A stretch of DNA of 64,000 nt. Source: Neocallimastix sp. 'constans'. Its lineage: Eukaryota. Positions within the stretch are counted from its first letter, which is position 1, and every line of letters begins with the position of its first letter. Positions 1 through 12,359 of the stretch are shown one piece after another. The notes under the pieces are model-generated. The model worked only from the letters and a program-made list of their open reading frames with translations. It was not told the origin of the DNA and ran no database searches. Position numbers and translations under genes: made by a program. The DNA lies in assembly GCA_050613775.1 (NCBI GenBank), contig JBODTK010000016.1:620001-684000 (forward strand), in the 5' to 3' direction.

Positions 1-3000
1 ATAAAGGTAAATTTCGAAATTAAAAAATTAAAAGCAATTTTTGAGTAGAAAAATATAAAAGCAATGAATAAATATTAATTAGTAATAAATAAAGAAAAAA
101 ATGTATTTAATAATTATTTTTATTTATTTCTCTTTAATTAATATTTAATACTTTTCTTATTTATCAATTTATAATTTATTATTATCAATATATTACCATA
201 TTAATTATAAATAATTAATGACAATCCCTAGAAAATAGTAAAAATAAAAAGAAGTTGAATATAAATTAATTTAATCATAAGAATTATAATATATTGTTTT
301 ATATATTAATTTAAATATTTATATATTGATTTTATTTTAATATATTGTTTTTAATTTTTCATATATAAATTAATAGAGTTTATTATTAATATATTATAAT
401 TATATTAAAAATATAATAAAAACTATCCTTTTCATCTATTTTAATTTATTCTACAATAAATTAAAACATATATAAATTTGTTATAAATATGATTTTCAAT
501 ATTTAAATAATATAAATATCAATTTAATTAATAAATAAGAATAAGAATTAATAACTATATAAACGGTAATTATTAAATAATAATAAAATAAAAAAATATA
601 AACTTTATTAATTATCAATAATTTGATTGATATTTTTTTCAGAAAACAAATACAAATTGTAAATATAAATTGTTAGGACAAAAAAATATATATATATATA
701 TATTTATTTGACATGATAAAATAAAATGGATAGGACAAAAAAAAATAAATATGAGAATATATATATATATATTTACTTGATATGATTAAATAAAATGGAT
801 AAAGATAAAGATTTATCATTATAATAAATATACAATCTTTTAATTTATCTTAAAAAATTATTATATTGCATTTGCATTCTTTAAGTACTTTATTCTCGAT
901 TTATATATTTCATTAATAGTGGTTTATATAAAAAAATATTTATATCACTTAAAGATCTTTTATGTAAAACATATATATCAAGATAAAATACTTGACTATT
1001 ATATAATTTTTTTATCAACTCTCTAATTTATACATATTTTTGATATTACAAAAATATTTTATATAAATATAGAAATAAATTTATTAATAAACAACAAATA
1101 TAAATATTTTTTTTTAAAAATTTAAAATAATAATAATAACATTAATAATAATAATAAAAAGAATATAAATGGGAAAACTATCAGAAATTAATATAAACGT
1201 ATTTTTGGTATTTTAGCAAAATAAAAAATAAAACCATTTACATATATTTGTATTAAACTTTTTAAACTTTTGAGTAATAATTTGTATTTTAATTCTATTT
1301 TAATTTCTTTTTTTAATTCTATTTTAATTTTATTTTAATTTTATTTATGATCATTTAATTAAATTTAATTTAAATAAAAAAAAATAAAAAAAAAAAAAAA
1401 TTATAAAATTAAAAAAAATAAAAAGTTTTTTAAGTAGTTCTACCCTTTAATATATACCAAATTAAGTAATGGATTAAATTAAAAAAAAAAAAAAAAAAAT
1501 ATAATAATAAAATTCTTTATGTTATATTTTAAACATATATTGAATTACATATCATGTGATGTGGTAATTCATTAATTTAAAAAAAAAAAATAAAAAATAA
1601 AAAGTAAAAAGCATTCTTTAGAAAAAGAGTTTATTCCACCATTCAATAGTTTATATAAAAATGAATATATATATATAATATACATTCTTTATATTAATAA
1701 AGAAATAGAAACAAAATAAAACAAAACAAAAAAAAAAAAAACAATTTATTTATATATATATATATTTAAAAGGATATTAATATTAATATAAATAGATTAG
1801 CAACGTTAGTTCTTTTAGATGATTTATTTAAAATAGTTTAGATTTTAATTATTGTATTTATTATATATAAAATATATATAATAAATATTCTATAGCTATA
1901 CTATTTTGACTAATTCAACATTATTGTATTTTTTTTTTTTTTTTGTTATTACACTTATATTACTATTATTATTTTAAATATATATATTAATATAATTCAA
2001 CAAATATATGTATATAATTATTTTCATTTTTTGAGTTTTTGTTTATTTATACATTAATTTATTAGTAATTTGAAAAATGATGTAATGAAAAACTTTTTAA
2101 TATTCCAAATAATAACTATAAAATAGAAATTATAATAATAATAATATTATTATTATACACAAAATAAAATAATAAAAATATGATAAAATGTAGTAAAATT
2201 AAAATAAAAAATAAAATAAAATAATTAAAATACAATTAATATATATTATAATTCTATTAGTATTCAGAACGTTAAAAACATCAATGAAATAATTTTTTTT
2301 AATAATTTATTTTGTATTATATTTAATAATTATTTTAAAAAGTCATTTTAATTCTTATAATATATTCAAATCATTTTTATACAGAATTATATATTAAAAA
2401 ACAAGATATTTAGTTCAAACAAAAATTATGAACGTATTATTAAAATAAATTAAATTCATTATTAATTAAAATACTATTCAATATTTAAAATTTAAAATAG
2501 AATAATCAATTATGCATTTAATGCGTATATGTAGTTTTATATCAATCATTTACTGGTTTACTTTTCAGCATATTTTTTTTTTATTAAGACTGATTAAATG
2601 TTTATCAAAAAAAAAAAAATTATATATTCAATATAATATAATACATATTCAATTAAAGTTTTATTATTTTTTATAATAGCTTTCCTTAATTATTATTCTT
2701 ATAAGAAATAATAGTAACATTATGGTTATATAATTACTTAACAATAATATAAATCTATTATTAAGAAGTTTAAATTTTTATTTTTATAATTTTAAATTTA
2801 TATAATTTTAAATTTTTTTTAAAAAAAAAAAGTTTAAATGCAATCAGCAAATGAAAATTCAAAATCATTAAAATAACTAATTAAATTTGTGTCACTACAA
2901 ATATTATAATTATATTTAATAATAAAAATTTGTTACATGTGAGATATGAGAAAAAAAAAGTTTAAAATTCTATTACTTAATCTTCAAAATTTAAAGATTA

Positions 3001-3234
3001 TTCAAATGTTTATAAAAATTAAAAAAAATATGTATAAAAAATAATAAATAAATAAATAAAAATAAAATATTCTAAGTAAAAATAAATATTATATTTATAT
3101 TGAATTATTATATTTATTTTATTAAAATATAAAGATAATAAATTCAATTAAAATTTAAAAAAAATAAAATAAAATATTAATGATAATAATCAAAAAGTAA
3201 ATTGATAATACTATTATAAAAAAAAATAATAATA

Positions 3235-3939
3235 ATGTTAGTATTAAATACAACTATTATTTTTACATTATGTAACCTATATGTGGGTATCCTAATAATA
3301 AAAGAATATAAAAAAAATAAAATGAATTATATACTATTAATGGCTTTAATCTCATTTGGTTTATTTTATGATGCTTTTACAATATCATTGAGTGGATTAT
3401 TAAGTCTGTCTATAATAAAAACAAATTTATTTAAATTCTTATCTTCTTTAAGATATATATCTCATGGCATTTCAGTTCCATCATTATTTTTGATATGCGA
3501 AGAGAATTTACCAAAAAATAAGAAAAGACATCTATTCATTTTAATTATTACATTAATATTTATAATATGTGGTATTCTTCAAGGTATTTTTACTGATCTT
3601 GAAATAGTTAAAACCGGATTGATCAACAGATACGCTTCTAGTAAAAATACTCCAAAGTGGGCTTTATTTTTAGGGGCAATGGTTACTATTATTCCTATGA
3701 TATATTTACACATAGTAGGATTTATAATATTCAATAAAAAGAAAAATCCATATATGTTAATAGGGGGTGTATTTATGCTTATTTTTGCTTCATTAGGTGG
3801 TTCAGTTAAGTCAATTCGTGAATATAATTATTTTATTTCTATGATTGGAGAAGTACCTATGAATATATGTTTTTATTTACATATTATAAAAGAAAATAAT
3901 AAAAATCCTCAGGCGCAAAAAGTAAAAAAAGTCAAATAA
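3235..3939 (+). CDS. Intronless multi-pass membrane protein, 234 aa, function unknown
   Basis: Clean ATG-TAA ORF with higher GC than its flanks and about 7 hydrophobic segments. Confidence 0.8.
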   Translation: MLVLNTTIIFTLCNLYVGILIIKEYKKNKMNYILLMALISFGLFYDAFTISLSGLLSLSIIKTNLFKFLSSLRYISHGISVPSLFLICEENLPKNKKRHLFILIITLIFIICGILQGIFTDLEIVKTGLINRYASSKNTPKWALFLGAMVTIIPMIYLHIVGFIIFNKKKNPYMLIGGVFMLIFASLGGSVKSIREYNYFISMIGEVPMNICFYLHIIKENNKNPQAQKVKKVK

Positions 3940-4310
3940 AATTTATTATTATTAAAGTTGCAATAAATAATAATAATAATATAAGTGTAATAATTAAAAC
4001 ACTATTGTAATTAATATTATTTATATCAATTTAGAAATGCCTTAAAAAAAAAACTATTTTTATATAAATAAATCTATTGTAAATAAAAAAAAAATTAATA
4101 AATTAATTAAATTTTCATGACTTTGACGTTATAGAATTTTTATTGAAAAATAATTAGGGTTATTAATAACACCATAACACTTAATAATAAGAATAAAACT
4201 TTAATAATATATTTTTTTGTATTACGTTTTCGTTCAAAACTTATTTTGTTTATTGAATTTTAAAATATTAATTATCCTTTATTCAATTTAGTCTATTAAT
4301 AATTTTTTAA

Positions 4311-4364
4311 ATTATTATTAATTTTAATAACCTTATAATGAATTGATGGATTATAATATCATTT

Positions 4365-4396
<32 letters not shown>

Positions 4397-4479
4397 GAAA
4401 AAAATATATATATATATAATTATTATTAATTTTAATAACCTTATAATGAATTGATGGATTATAATATCATTTAAAAATT
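4311..4479. repeat. About 60-bp direct duplication separated by poly(A)/(TA)n
   Basis: ttattattaattttaataaccttataatgaattgatggattataatatcatttaaaaatt occurs at ~4311-4371 and ~4419-4479. Confidence 0.8.
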
Positions 4480-4604
4480 ATATATATATATATATATATT
4501 TTTTTCTTTTTTTCTTTTTGGTAATAATAAAGTTTTAATGGATTTTCTTTCTTTTTTTTTCAGTGTTGCCTATTGTTTTTACTATTAAGTGCTCTACCAC
4601 TTTA

Positions 4605-4930
4605 CAAATAAGTCGAATGAAATTAAAAGTTCATTATTTAGCCTTGTCGATGGCGTTTTGCATTTTCAAAAACGCATAATAGTACCATCCTCTCTCAAGG
4701 CATCAATTTTAAAAATATTTTATGACGCACCAACTAGTGGACACCAGGGGGTAGATAGGACCTATGAAAAATTAAAAAAGTACTGCTGGTGGCCCAATAT
4801 GAAAAAAGACATTTATAACTGTTTTATCTTGTGAAAACTGTTGCAAAAGCAAAACACGCAGCCATAAACCCTATGGTAAATTACAACCACTTCCCATTCC
4901 TACAAAATCCTGGGAAATAATAGGGGTCAA
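4605..4930 (+). pseudogene. Gypsy integrase zinc-binding-domain fragment, frameshifted, related to family E
   Basis: GVLHFQKRIIVPSSLK..GHQGVDRTYEKL..WWPNMKKDI, then KPYGKLQPLP in another frame; closely matches the ORF at 45877-49554. Confidence 0.85.
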
Positions 4931-4934
4931 CTAT

Positions 4935-6923
4935 ATATAGGATTCTTTTTATTCACATTTTTCTAATTTTGCATATAAGTTATTATTAATTAAAGCTTAA
5001 AGGATGTTTCTGACTTGATTATGATGCTCCTCCAAATCTTTGGAATAAATTAAAATATGATCTAAATATAAGATCACACATTTTTCCAAGTATGGTCTAA
5101 GAATAGAATTAATAAATGATTGGAAAGTGGCAGGCGCATTTTTTAAACCAAATGGCATAACTAAATATTCGTAATGACCATATTTAGTTCTAAACGCAGT
5201 TATATATTCGTCACCTTCTTTTATTCTTATTAAATTATAAGCAGAACATAAATCCAATTTCGTAAAATATTTTGCTCCCTTTACTTTTTCTATTATATCT
5301 GTTATTAGAGGGAGAGAATATGAATTTCTTATAGTTACTGCATTTAATTTTTTATAGTCCACACATAACCGAAGGGAACTATCTTTTTTCTTTTGGAAAA
5401 GGACAGGATATCCAGCAGGTGATTCTGTTGGTCTAATAAATCCTTTTTCTAAATTTTCTTTTATATAATCCTTAAGAACTTGTGATTCTTCTTCAGTTAA
5501 TGGAAAAATCGGGCCGTAATGGAGTGTAGCGTCTTTTTCTAAAACAATCTTACAGTCGGTTAAACGGTGAGGAGTTAATTTATCTATTAAATACGATTTC
5601 TAAATCTTGATATTGATGAGGAATTTCTTCAATTTTTGGATCCTCATTTTCAATATAAATTTTATCTTTCGTTGAAAGAAAACAATATATTAAAAAATTA
5701 TAACTAAATTCCTTTTATTATTATATAAATCTTAATGATTTTTGTTAAATTTTTTGGAAGAAAATTTACTTTTAGATTTATTTAAATATTTTACATATAC
5801 ATAAATTTTCGAATTTTTATCAATAAAATTTTTATATTTATTAAACTTTGGACTTTTTGAAAAATTGAAAAATTTTTTAAATTAAATTTTTTATCTATTT
5901 TTTTAATAATTTTTTTGATCTATTTTTTGAATAATTTTTATAATAAAATTTATTTTTTATTTTTCTTTTAAAAAATTTATTTTTAAAAATTTTTCTTTTC
6001 AACGAGTTTAAATAAAAATTGTTTCCCTTATTTTTTATGGATATATTTTTATGATCATTTAAAGAATTATAATTTAAATAAGAATATAAGGTGTTATTTT
6101 AATAATTGTAGTGTATTTTGAATTTCCTAATAAATTAATTTCCAAAAAGTAAATCAGTAGCAATAGAATTTAAGATTAAAAATTTTTCTTTAAAATCTTG
6201 AAAATAAAATTTATTATTTTTAAAAAATTTAATTTGGAAATTTAACCAAACAAATTGATCTAATTTGGTAGAGCTACCTGAAATACCTTTGACTAGGATT
6301 TTATTTTTTGTTTTTTGGACATTGAATTTTAATTTATTTACAAATTTTTCTGTAATAAAATTGCAAAAGGATCCTGAATCTAACATAGATTCAGATGTTA
6401 ATTTTTGAATTTTTGAAAATTTTTAATTGTAAAATTATTTAAAAATTTAATAGGAATATAGGATTTAAATAAAAGGAAAGTAAATGGGAGATTTGATTCA
6501 TTGAATGAATCAAGTGTAGGAAAATTATAATAAATTGTTTTTAAATTTTTTGATGTTCTGGACTCCTTTTGAAGCCCATCATTTATTATTTTTAGTTACT
6601 ATTTTGATTATTGTTGTTATTATTAAAATAATTATTGCTTGTTTTATTTTTAGTATAATAATTATTATTATTATTATAATTTTTGTTATTGTTTACCTGT
6701 GGGCTTGAATGTTTCTTTCTCAAATTTTTATTACCATTATTATTTCTTAATTGGTCCTTGCTTTTAATATTATTTTCAAATAAGATACACTTGGTATAAA
6801 TATCACCAAGCTTTGTAGGGAATTCTTCCATTTTATCTATTTCTTCTTGGAACTTTGGGTAAAGTCCATAATAGAAAAATAAGACTAAAGCTTCTTCATC
6901 CCAAGACAGACCAGTCTTTTCTA
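4935..6923 (-). pseudogene. Degraded Ty3/Gypsy gag-protease-RT remnant (family F), truncated at both ends
   Basis: gag piece WDEEALVLFFYYGL (~6850-6920), protease LDSGS (6135-6386), RT motifs [19 protein letters not shown] (4997-5362); contains stops and frameshifts. Confidence 0.85.
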
Positions 6924-7360
6924 TATATTAATAAAGATGAGTTTTAAAATGTTATTTTAATTACAATTTGTTTATAAAAGTTGAGTTATATAATAAATAA
7001 AATAATCATTATTTTAAATAAAAGTAACTTAAAGATGATTTAACTATATAATTTTAATTTTGAGATGTTTATAAGTTTGTTTATTTGTTATTTATAATTT
7101 ATTAAATTTGTTTATTATTTTGTTTATTTGTAGTTTTAGAAAAATATTATTTATTAATTTATTTTAGTTTTTAATTAAAACTATTAATGATTAATTAATT
7201 TATTATTATTTTATTTTAATTATTTTTTATTTAATTAAATTTTCTTTAATATGGATTTAATTTTTTTTTTTTTTTTTAGAATGGATTAATTTTTGGGTTA
7301 AGTTAAATAAGAATTTATTATTTGTTATTTATTTTAATTTTATAATTTCATTATTTATCA
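6924..7360 (-). mobile_element. Truncated LTR, family G
   Basis: Near-identical to ~10274-10701; ends ttatttatCA; left side fused to F gag. Confidence 0.8.
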
Positions 7361-7362
7361 AA

Positions 7363-8103
7363 TGACAAACGATTCTATTATCTTAATTTGAAGTTATTAC
7401 TTCAAAAGTGATAATAGATGTATCAAGTTTGATTTAATATAAAATTTAATATAAATGAATTTGTTTTATTATTATTAATAATTAAGTTATTATTATTCCA
7501 GCTTAACACTGAATTGTTATTAATTTTTCAAAATTATACATTTCTTTTGTGTTTAATATTAATTTTTATTATTATTTATTAATTTTTATTATTATTTATT
7601 AATTTTTATTATTATTTATTAATTTTTATTATTATTTATTAATTTAACATTTGGTTATTATTTTTTTTTATTACATTTCTAATAACAACGAGAAATTAAT
7701 TTTATAAAATATTTACAAGTATTTATATTTTTACAATAATTTAAAGTATTTACAATTTTTAATAATAAAACAATTAAGAATAATTATATTTATAAAAATA
7801 AACAATAAAATAAACAAATAAACAATTAATACAAGAATTATTATAAACAAAGAATTCAAAATAATAAAAAAAAAGAGAAAATTGTTTACAAACTATTTAC
7901 TTTTAATTAAAAAGAGAAATTAATTAACATTAGTATTTTATTATTTTAAAAATTAAAATAGAATTAAAGTATAATTTCGAGTTTTAGAATTTAATTAAAA
8001 TAAATTTTTTTTATTATGATTTTAATTTCAAATTTTTATTTATTAATTTGTTGTTGAATAGGTTAGATATTATTCAAGCTTTCTAATAATTTTATGCAAT
8101 CTG
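7363..8103 (-). mobile_element. Solo LTR family L, right terminus split by later insertions
   Basis: Starts TGACAAAC after CAAA; right end ggttagatattattcaagc..caatctg resembles the family A U3 end; missing terminal bases reappear at 8927-8932 and 10702-10708; internal 19-bp tandem repeat at ~7560-7625. Confidence 0.6.
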
Positions 8104-8926
8104 TGTTACAGTTCGTAACAATTTTTGGATTATAATATTTTAACACTTCAATGAATTAAATAAATAAATAAATATTTGTTTTATATAATTTTTATTAAAT
8201 TTATTTCAAATTAAAAAATTAAAAAAAATGTTTTATTAATTACTATCTTCTTAAAAAGTTATTTTAGAATTACATGTATTTATATTTTTTTTTTACATTT
8301 AAAATTTGTTAAGCCTATCTAAAATATTTTCTAAATATTTCTAACTAATTACTAAAATAATGTTTTATATTGATTTTAAATTATTAATATAATTATTATT
8401 TATTTCTAATAAATAATAGTTATATATTATTTAATTATAAAATATTTATTATTATTTAAAATTAATAATATATATAAAAGAAAAATATAAAATTTATACA
8501 GAATTTTTAAGTGTGGTTTAGTAAGTTTTTAGTAATTAAAAATTACCAAAAAAAATATGTTAAATTATCAATATAAAATTTAGTAATTAATTGAATTGAT
8601 TTTTAGAAATTATAATAAATAATATATTTTAGAAAATATAAAATATTAATAATATTGATATAATTATATAATTAATATTAATAATAAAGTGATATTGATA
8701 ATATATTGATATTAATAAAATAATTGAATATTAATAATAATTTTTCATCTTTAATTTGATATTAATAATATATAAAAATTTAATAATAAAATATTAATAA
8801 TAAAATTTAATCAAAGAATATAGGAAAGTTCCAAAGTTTTGAAGAATAAAATAATTTATTTGAGTGGTTAGGTAAGAAAATACAATTCTAACTAAAATAA
8901 TAAGATTATTTGTTCATTCTTTATCA
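8104..8926 (-). mobile_element. Solo LTR family I (related to A)
   Basis: TG..CA termini; TCTG on both sides (8100-8103, 8927-8930); shares blocks with LTR A (aattacatgtattta, gtggtttagt, ggaaagttcc, tgttcattct). Confidence 0.8.
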
Positions 8927-8932
8927 TCTGTA

Positions 8933-9722
8933 TGGTATGGTTCATATAGTTTTAGGAATATAATAATAATTAACACAAATAATAAAATTACAATAAAAAA
9001 AAAATAATTTATTTTAAAATCAATGTTTATTTATTTAAATTTATAAAAGAAAAATAATAATATAATTATTTATTTAATAAAAGTAAGTTATTGATTATTT
9101 TTTTATTTCACTAAAAATTACATGTATTTATATTTTTTTATCAGATTAAAATTTGTAAAGCCTAACTATTTTTTTAATAAACTAATTACTAATTATTTTA
9201 ATAAATGAAACATTTAAATTGAAATTGAATTATTATTTTAGTTAATAATATTATTGTTGTAAATAGTAGTTATATATATTGAATTATTAATTATTTAATA
9301 ATAGTTTAATATTAATATATATAAAATAAAAATAAAGAGATTATACAGAATATTTTAATTGTGGTTTAGTTAAATTTAGTAATTAAAAATAAATTTAAAT
9401 TGATAACGAAAATTTTAATAACTAATTAAATAGATTTGATTATTTTCAATATAACATAATACAAAAGAAATATAATATTAATATATTAAGTGGGCAAGGA
9501 CAATATTCTTGGCTAAAGATTTTTAATACATTATAATGGAATCGGATCGATAATTCAAAAAGGAATTATAAGTTAATTAGTGATTTATTAACTTAAGATT
9601 TCTATTTAGTAATATTTGAAGAATATTGGAAAGTTCCAATTATATAGAATAGAATAATCTATAAGGTTAGAATAATTTATATTATTCTAGCACAATTAGT
9701 ATTATTTGTTCATTCTGTATCA
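8933..9722 (-). mobile_element. Solo LTR family A (variant with canonical TG U3 end)
   Basis: Near-identical to the LTRs of 11551-18568; flanks TGTA / GGTA. Confidence 0.92.
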
Positions 9723-9726
9723 GGTA

Positions 9727-10701
9727 TGATTTATACCTAATATTCTTAATCTACAAAAATTAAATTTTGTAGAAGTGAATATTGGGATAAATACTGAATT
9801 AAATAGAATTAAGAAATTTAAAAAAAATAAATATGTTTTATTATTAAACACAAAAATGTTTTATTAAAAAAAATTTATTTTTATTTTAATATTAATCTTT
9901 ATTTATTTAATAATTAATTTTGTTTAAATTAATAAAATAATTGTTAAAACTAATAAAATAATAAAATAAAATATTTATTATTTATACTAATTTATTTTAA
10001 ATTTTAATAATAAAATTGATTATTAATAACTAATAAAAAATATAATAATTTATCAAAATAATTAATAATCATAAAAAAATTGATTATTAAAAACTAATAA
10101 AATATCTATAATAATTTATTAAATAATTAATAATAAAGAATAATTTATAAGAAATATTTACATGTTTTTATATTTTTCTTTGATTTTAAACTATTTACAT
10201 TAAAAATAATAAAATTAATAAAAGAGAAATAAAGAATAATTTATTATTAAATTAAACAATATTTACAATTAAAATATTAATAAAGATGAGTTTTAAAATG
10301 TTATTTTAATTACAATTTGTTTATAAAAGTTGAGTTATAAAATAAATAAAATAATCATTATTTTAAATAAAAGTAACTTAAAAATTATTTAACTATTTAA
10401 TTTTAATTTTGAGATGTTTATAAGTTTGTTTATTTGTTATTTATAATTTATTAAATTTGTTTATTATTTTGTTTATTTGTAGTTTTAGAAAAATATTATT
10501 TATTAATTTATTTTAGTTTTTAATTAAAACTATTAATGATTAATTAATTTATTATTATTTTATTTTAATTATTTTTTATTTAATTAAATTTTCTTTAATA
10601 TGGATTTAATTTTTTTTTAGAATGAATTAATTTTTGGGTTAAGTTAGACAAGAATTTGTTCTTTATTATTTATTTTAATTTAATAATTTTGTTATTTATC
10701 A
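9727..10701 (-). mobile_element. Solo LTR family G
   Basis: TGAT..ATCA termini; GGTA on both sides (9723-9726, 10702-10705); partial second copy at 6924-7360. Confidence 0.8.
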
Positions 10702-10711
10702 GGTATCACAA

Positions 10712-11546
10712 TGTTATGGTTCGGGTTTTATTAGAATTTTTATTTAATTATTTATTTTTAATATTTTTCTGTCTACATTTTAATTATTGAAAAACTTCAC
10801 TTATTTATACTTTTTGAAAAAAAATAAATATGTAAAGCCTTTCTACATTTTATTATCATATTTAAAAATAAATATTTACTATTACTAATTAATTAAAATT
10901 TTATATTAATTTAAATTAACTAATTCATAAGTATTTTTATTTTAATAAATTTTGTTTATATAATTTTATATTATTTTTCATATACTAAAACTAAATTATT
11001 TAATATATACGAAAAGTAACAAACAAAATTTAAAAAGATTTTACAGAAAAATAAAGTTATTTTAATCAAGAATGTTAATATAATATTCTTATATTTTATA
11101 TAAAATAAATTTAAAAACTATAATATATTTAATATTTATTATTAATCAATTAAGATTTGATTTTATTTGTGGGGAATAAAAATATTAAATAATCAATTTA
11201 AAAATAAAATAAAATACTAAAAAGAATACAAGTTTAATATTGATACAATATAATAATAATATAATAATATATTTGAAAATAAAAATAAAATATTAATATT
11301 GATAATAAACACTTTAATAAAATAATAAAATTTAAGGTTAAATTATAGATATTGATATTAATAATAAAAATATAAAATTATTGATAATATTTTAGAAACT
11401 TTTAATAAAAATAAAAAAAAATATATTTAGAAAATATTTTAGTATAGAAAATATAGTAAAGTAATATTAAGTAAAGAATAATATAATGGATTCTAAAGTA
11501 AGTTGAAATTCTAATTAATAATCCATTATATGTTCGTTCTTTACCA
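10712..11546 (-). mobile_element. Solo LTR family B
   Basis: Near-identical to 19138-19971; ACAA on both sides (10708-10711, 11547-11550). Confidence 0.93.
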
Positions 11547-12359
11547 ACAATGGTATGGTTCATATAGTTTTAGGAATATAATAATAATTAACACAAATAA
11601 TAAAATTACAATAAAAATAATTTTGTTTTAAAATCAATGTTTATTTATTTAAATTTATAAAAGAAAAATAATAATATAATTATTTATTTAATAAAAGTAA
11701 GTTATTGATTATATTTTATTTCACTAAAAATTACATGTATTTATATTTTTCTTATCAAATTAAAATTTGTAAAGCCTAACTATTTTTTTAATAAACTAAT
11801 TACTAATTATTTTTATAAATAAAACATTTAAATTGAAATTGAATTATTATTTTAGTTAATAATATTATTGTTATAAATAGTAGTTATATATTATTGAATT
11901 ATTAATTATTTAATAATAGTTTAATATTAATATATATAAAATAAAAATAAAGAGATTATACAGAATATTTTATTGTGGTTTAGTTAAATTTAGTAATTAA
12001 AAATAAATTTAAATTGATAACGAAAATTTTAATAACTAATTAAATAGATTTGATTATTTTCAATATAACATAATACAAAAGAAATATAATATTAATATAT
12101 TAAGTGGGCAAGGACAATATTCTTGGCTAAAGATTTTTAATACATTATAATGGAATCGGATCGATAATTCAAAAAGGAATTATAAGTTAATTAGTGATTT
12201 ATTAACTTAAGATTTCTATTTAGTAATATTTGAAGAATATTGGAAAGTTCCAATTATATAAAATAGAATAATCTATAAGGTTAGAATAATTTATATTATT
12301 CTAGCACAACTAGTATTATTTGTTCATTCTGTATTAAGATGCCCCCGCTAAGACTCAAG

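Noticed and set aside
1..3200. Hidden gene or element in the left flank
   Set aside because: Near-pure A/T with (TA)n and poly(A) runs; no ORF, termini or repeats I can support
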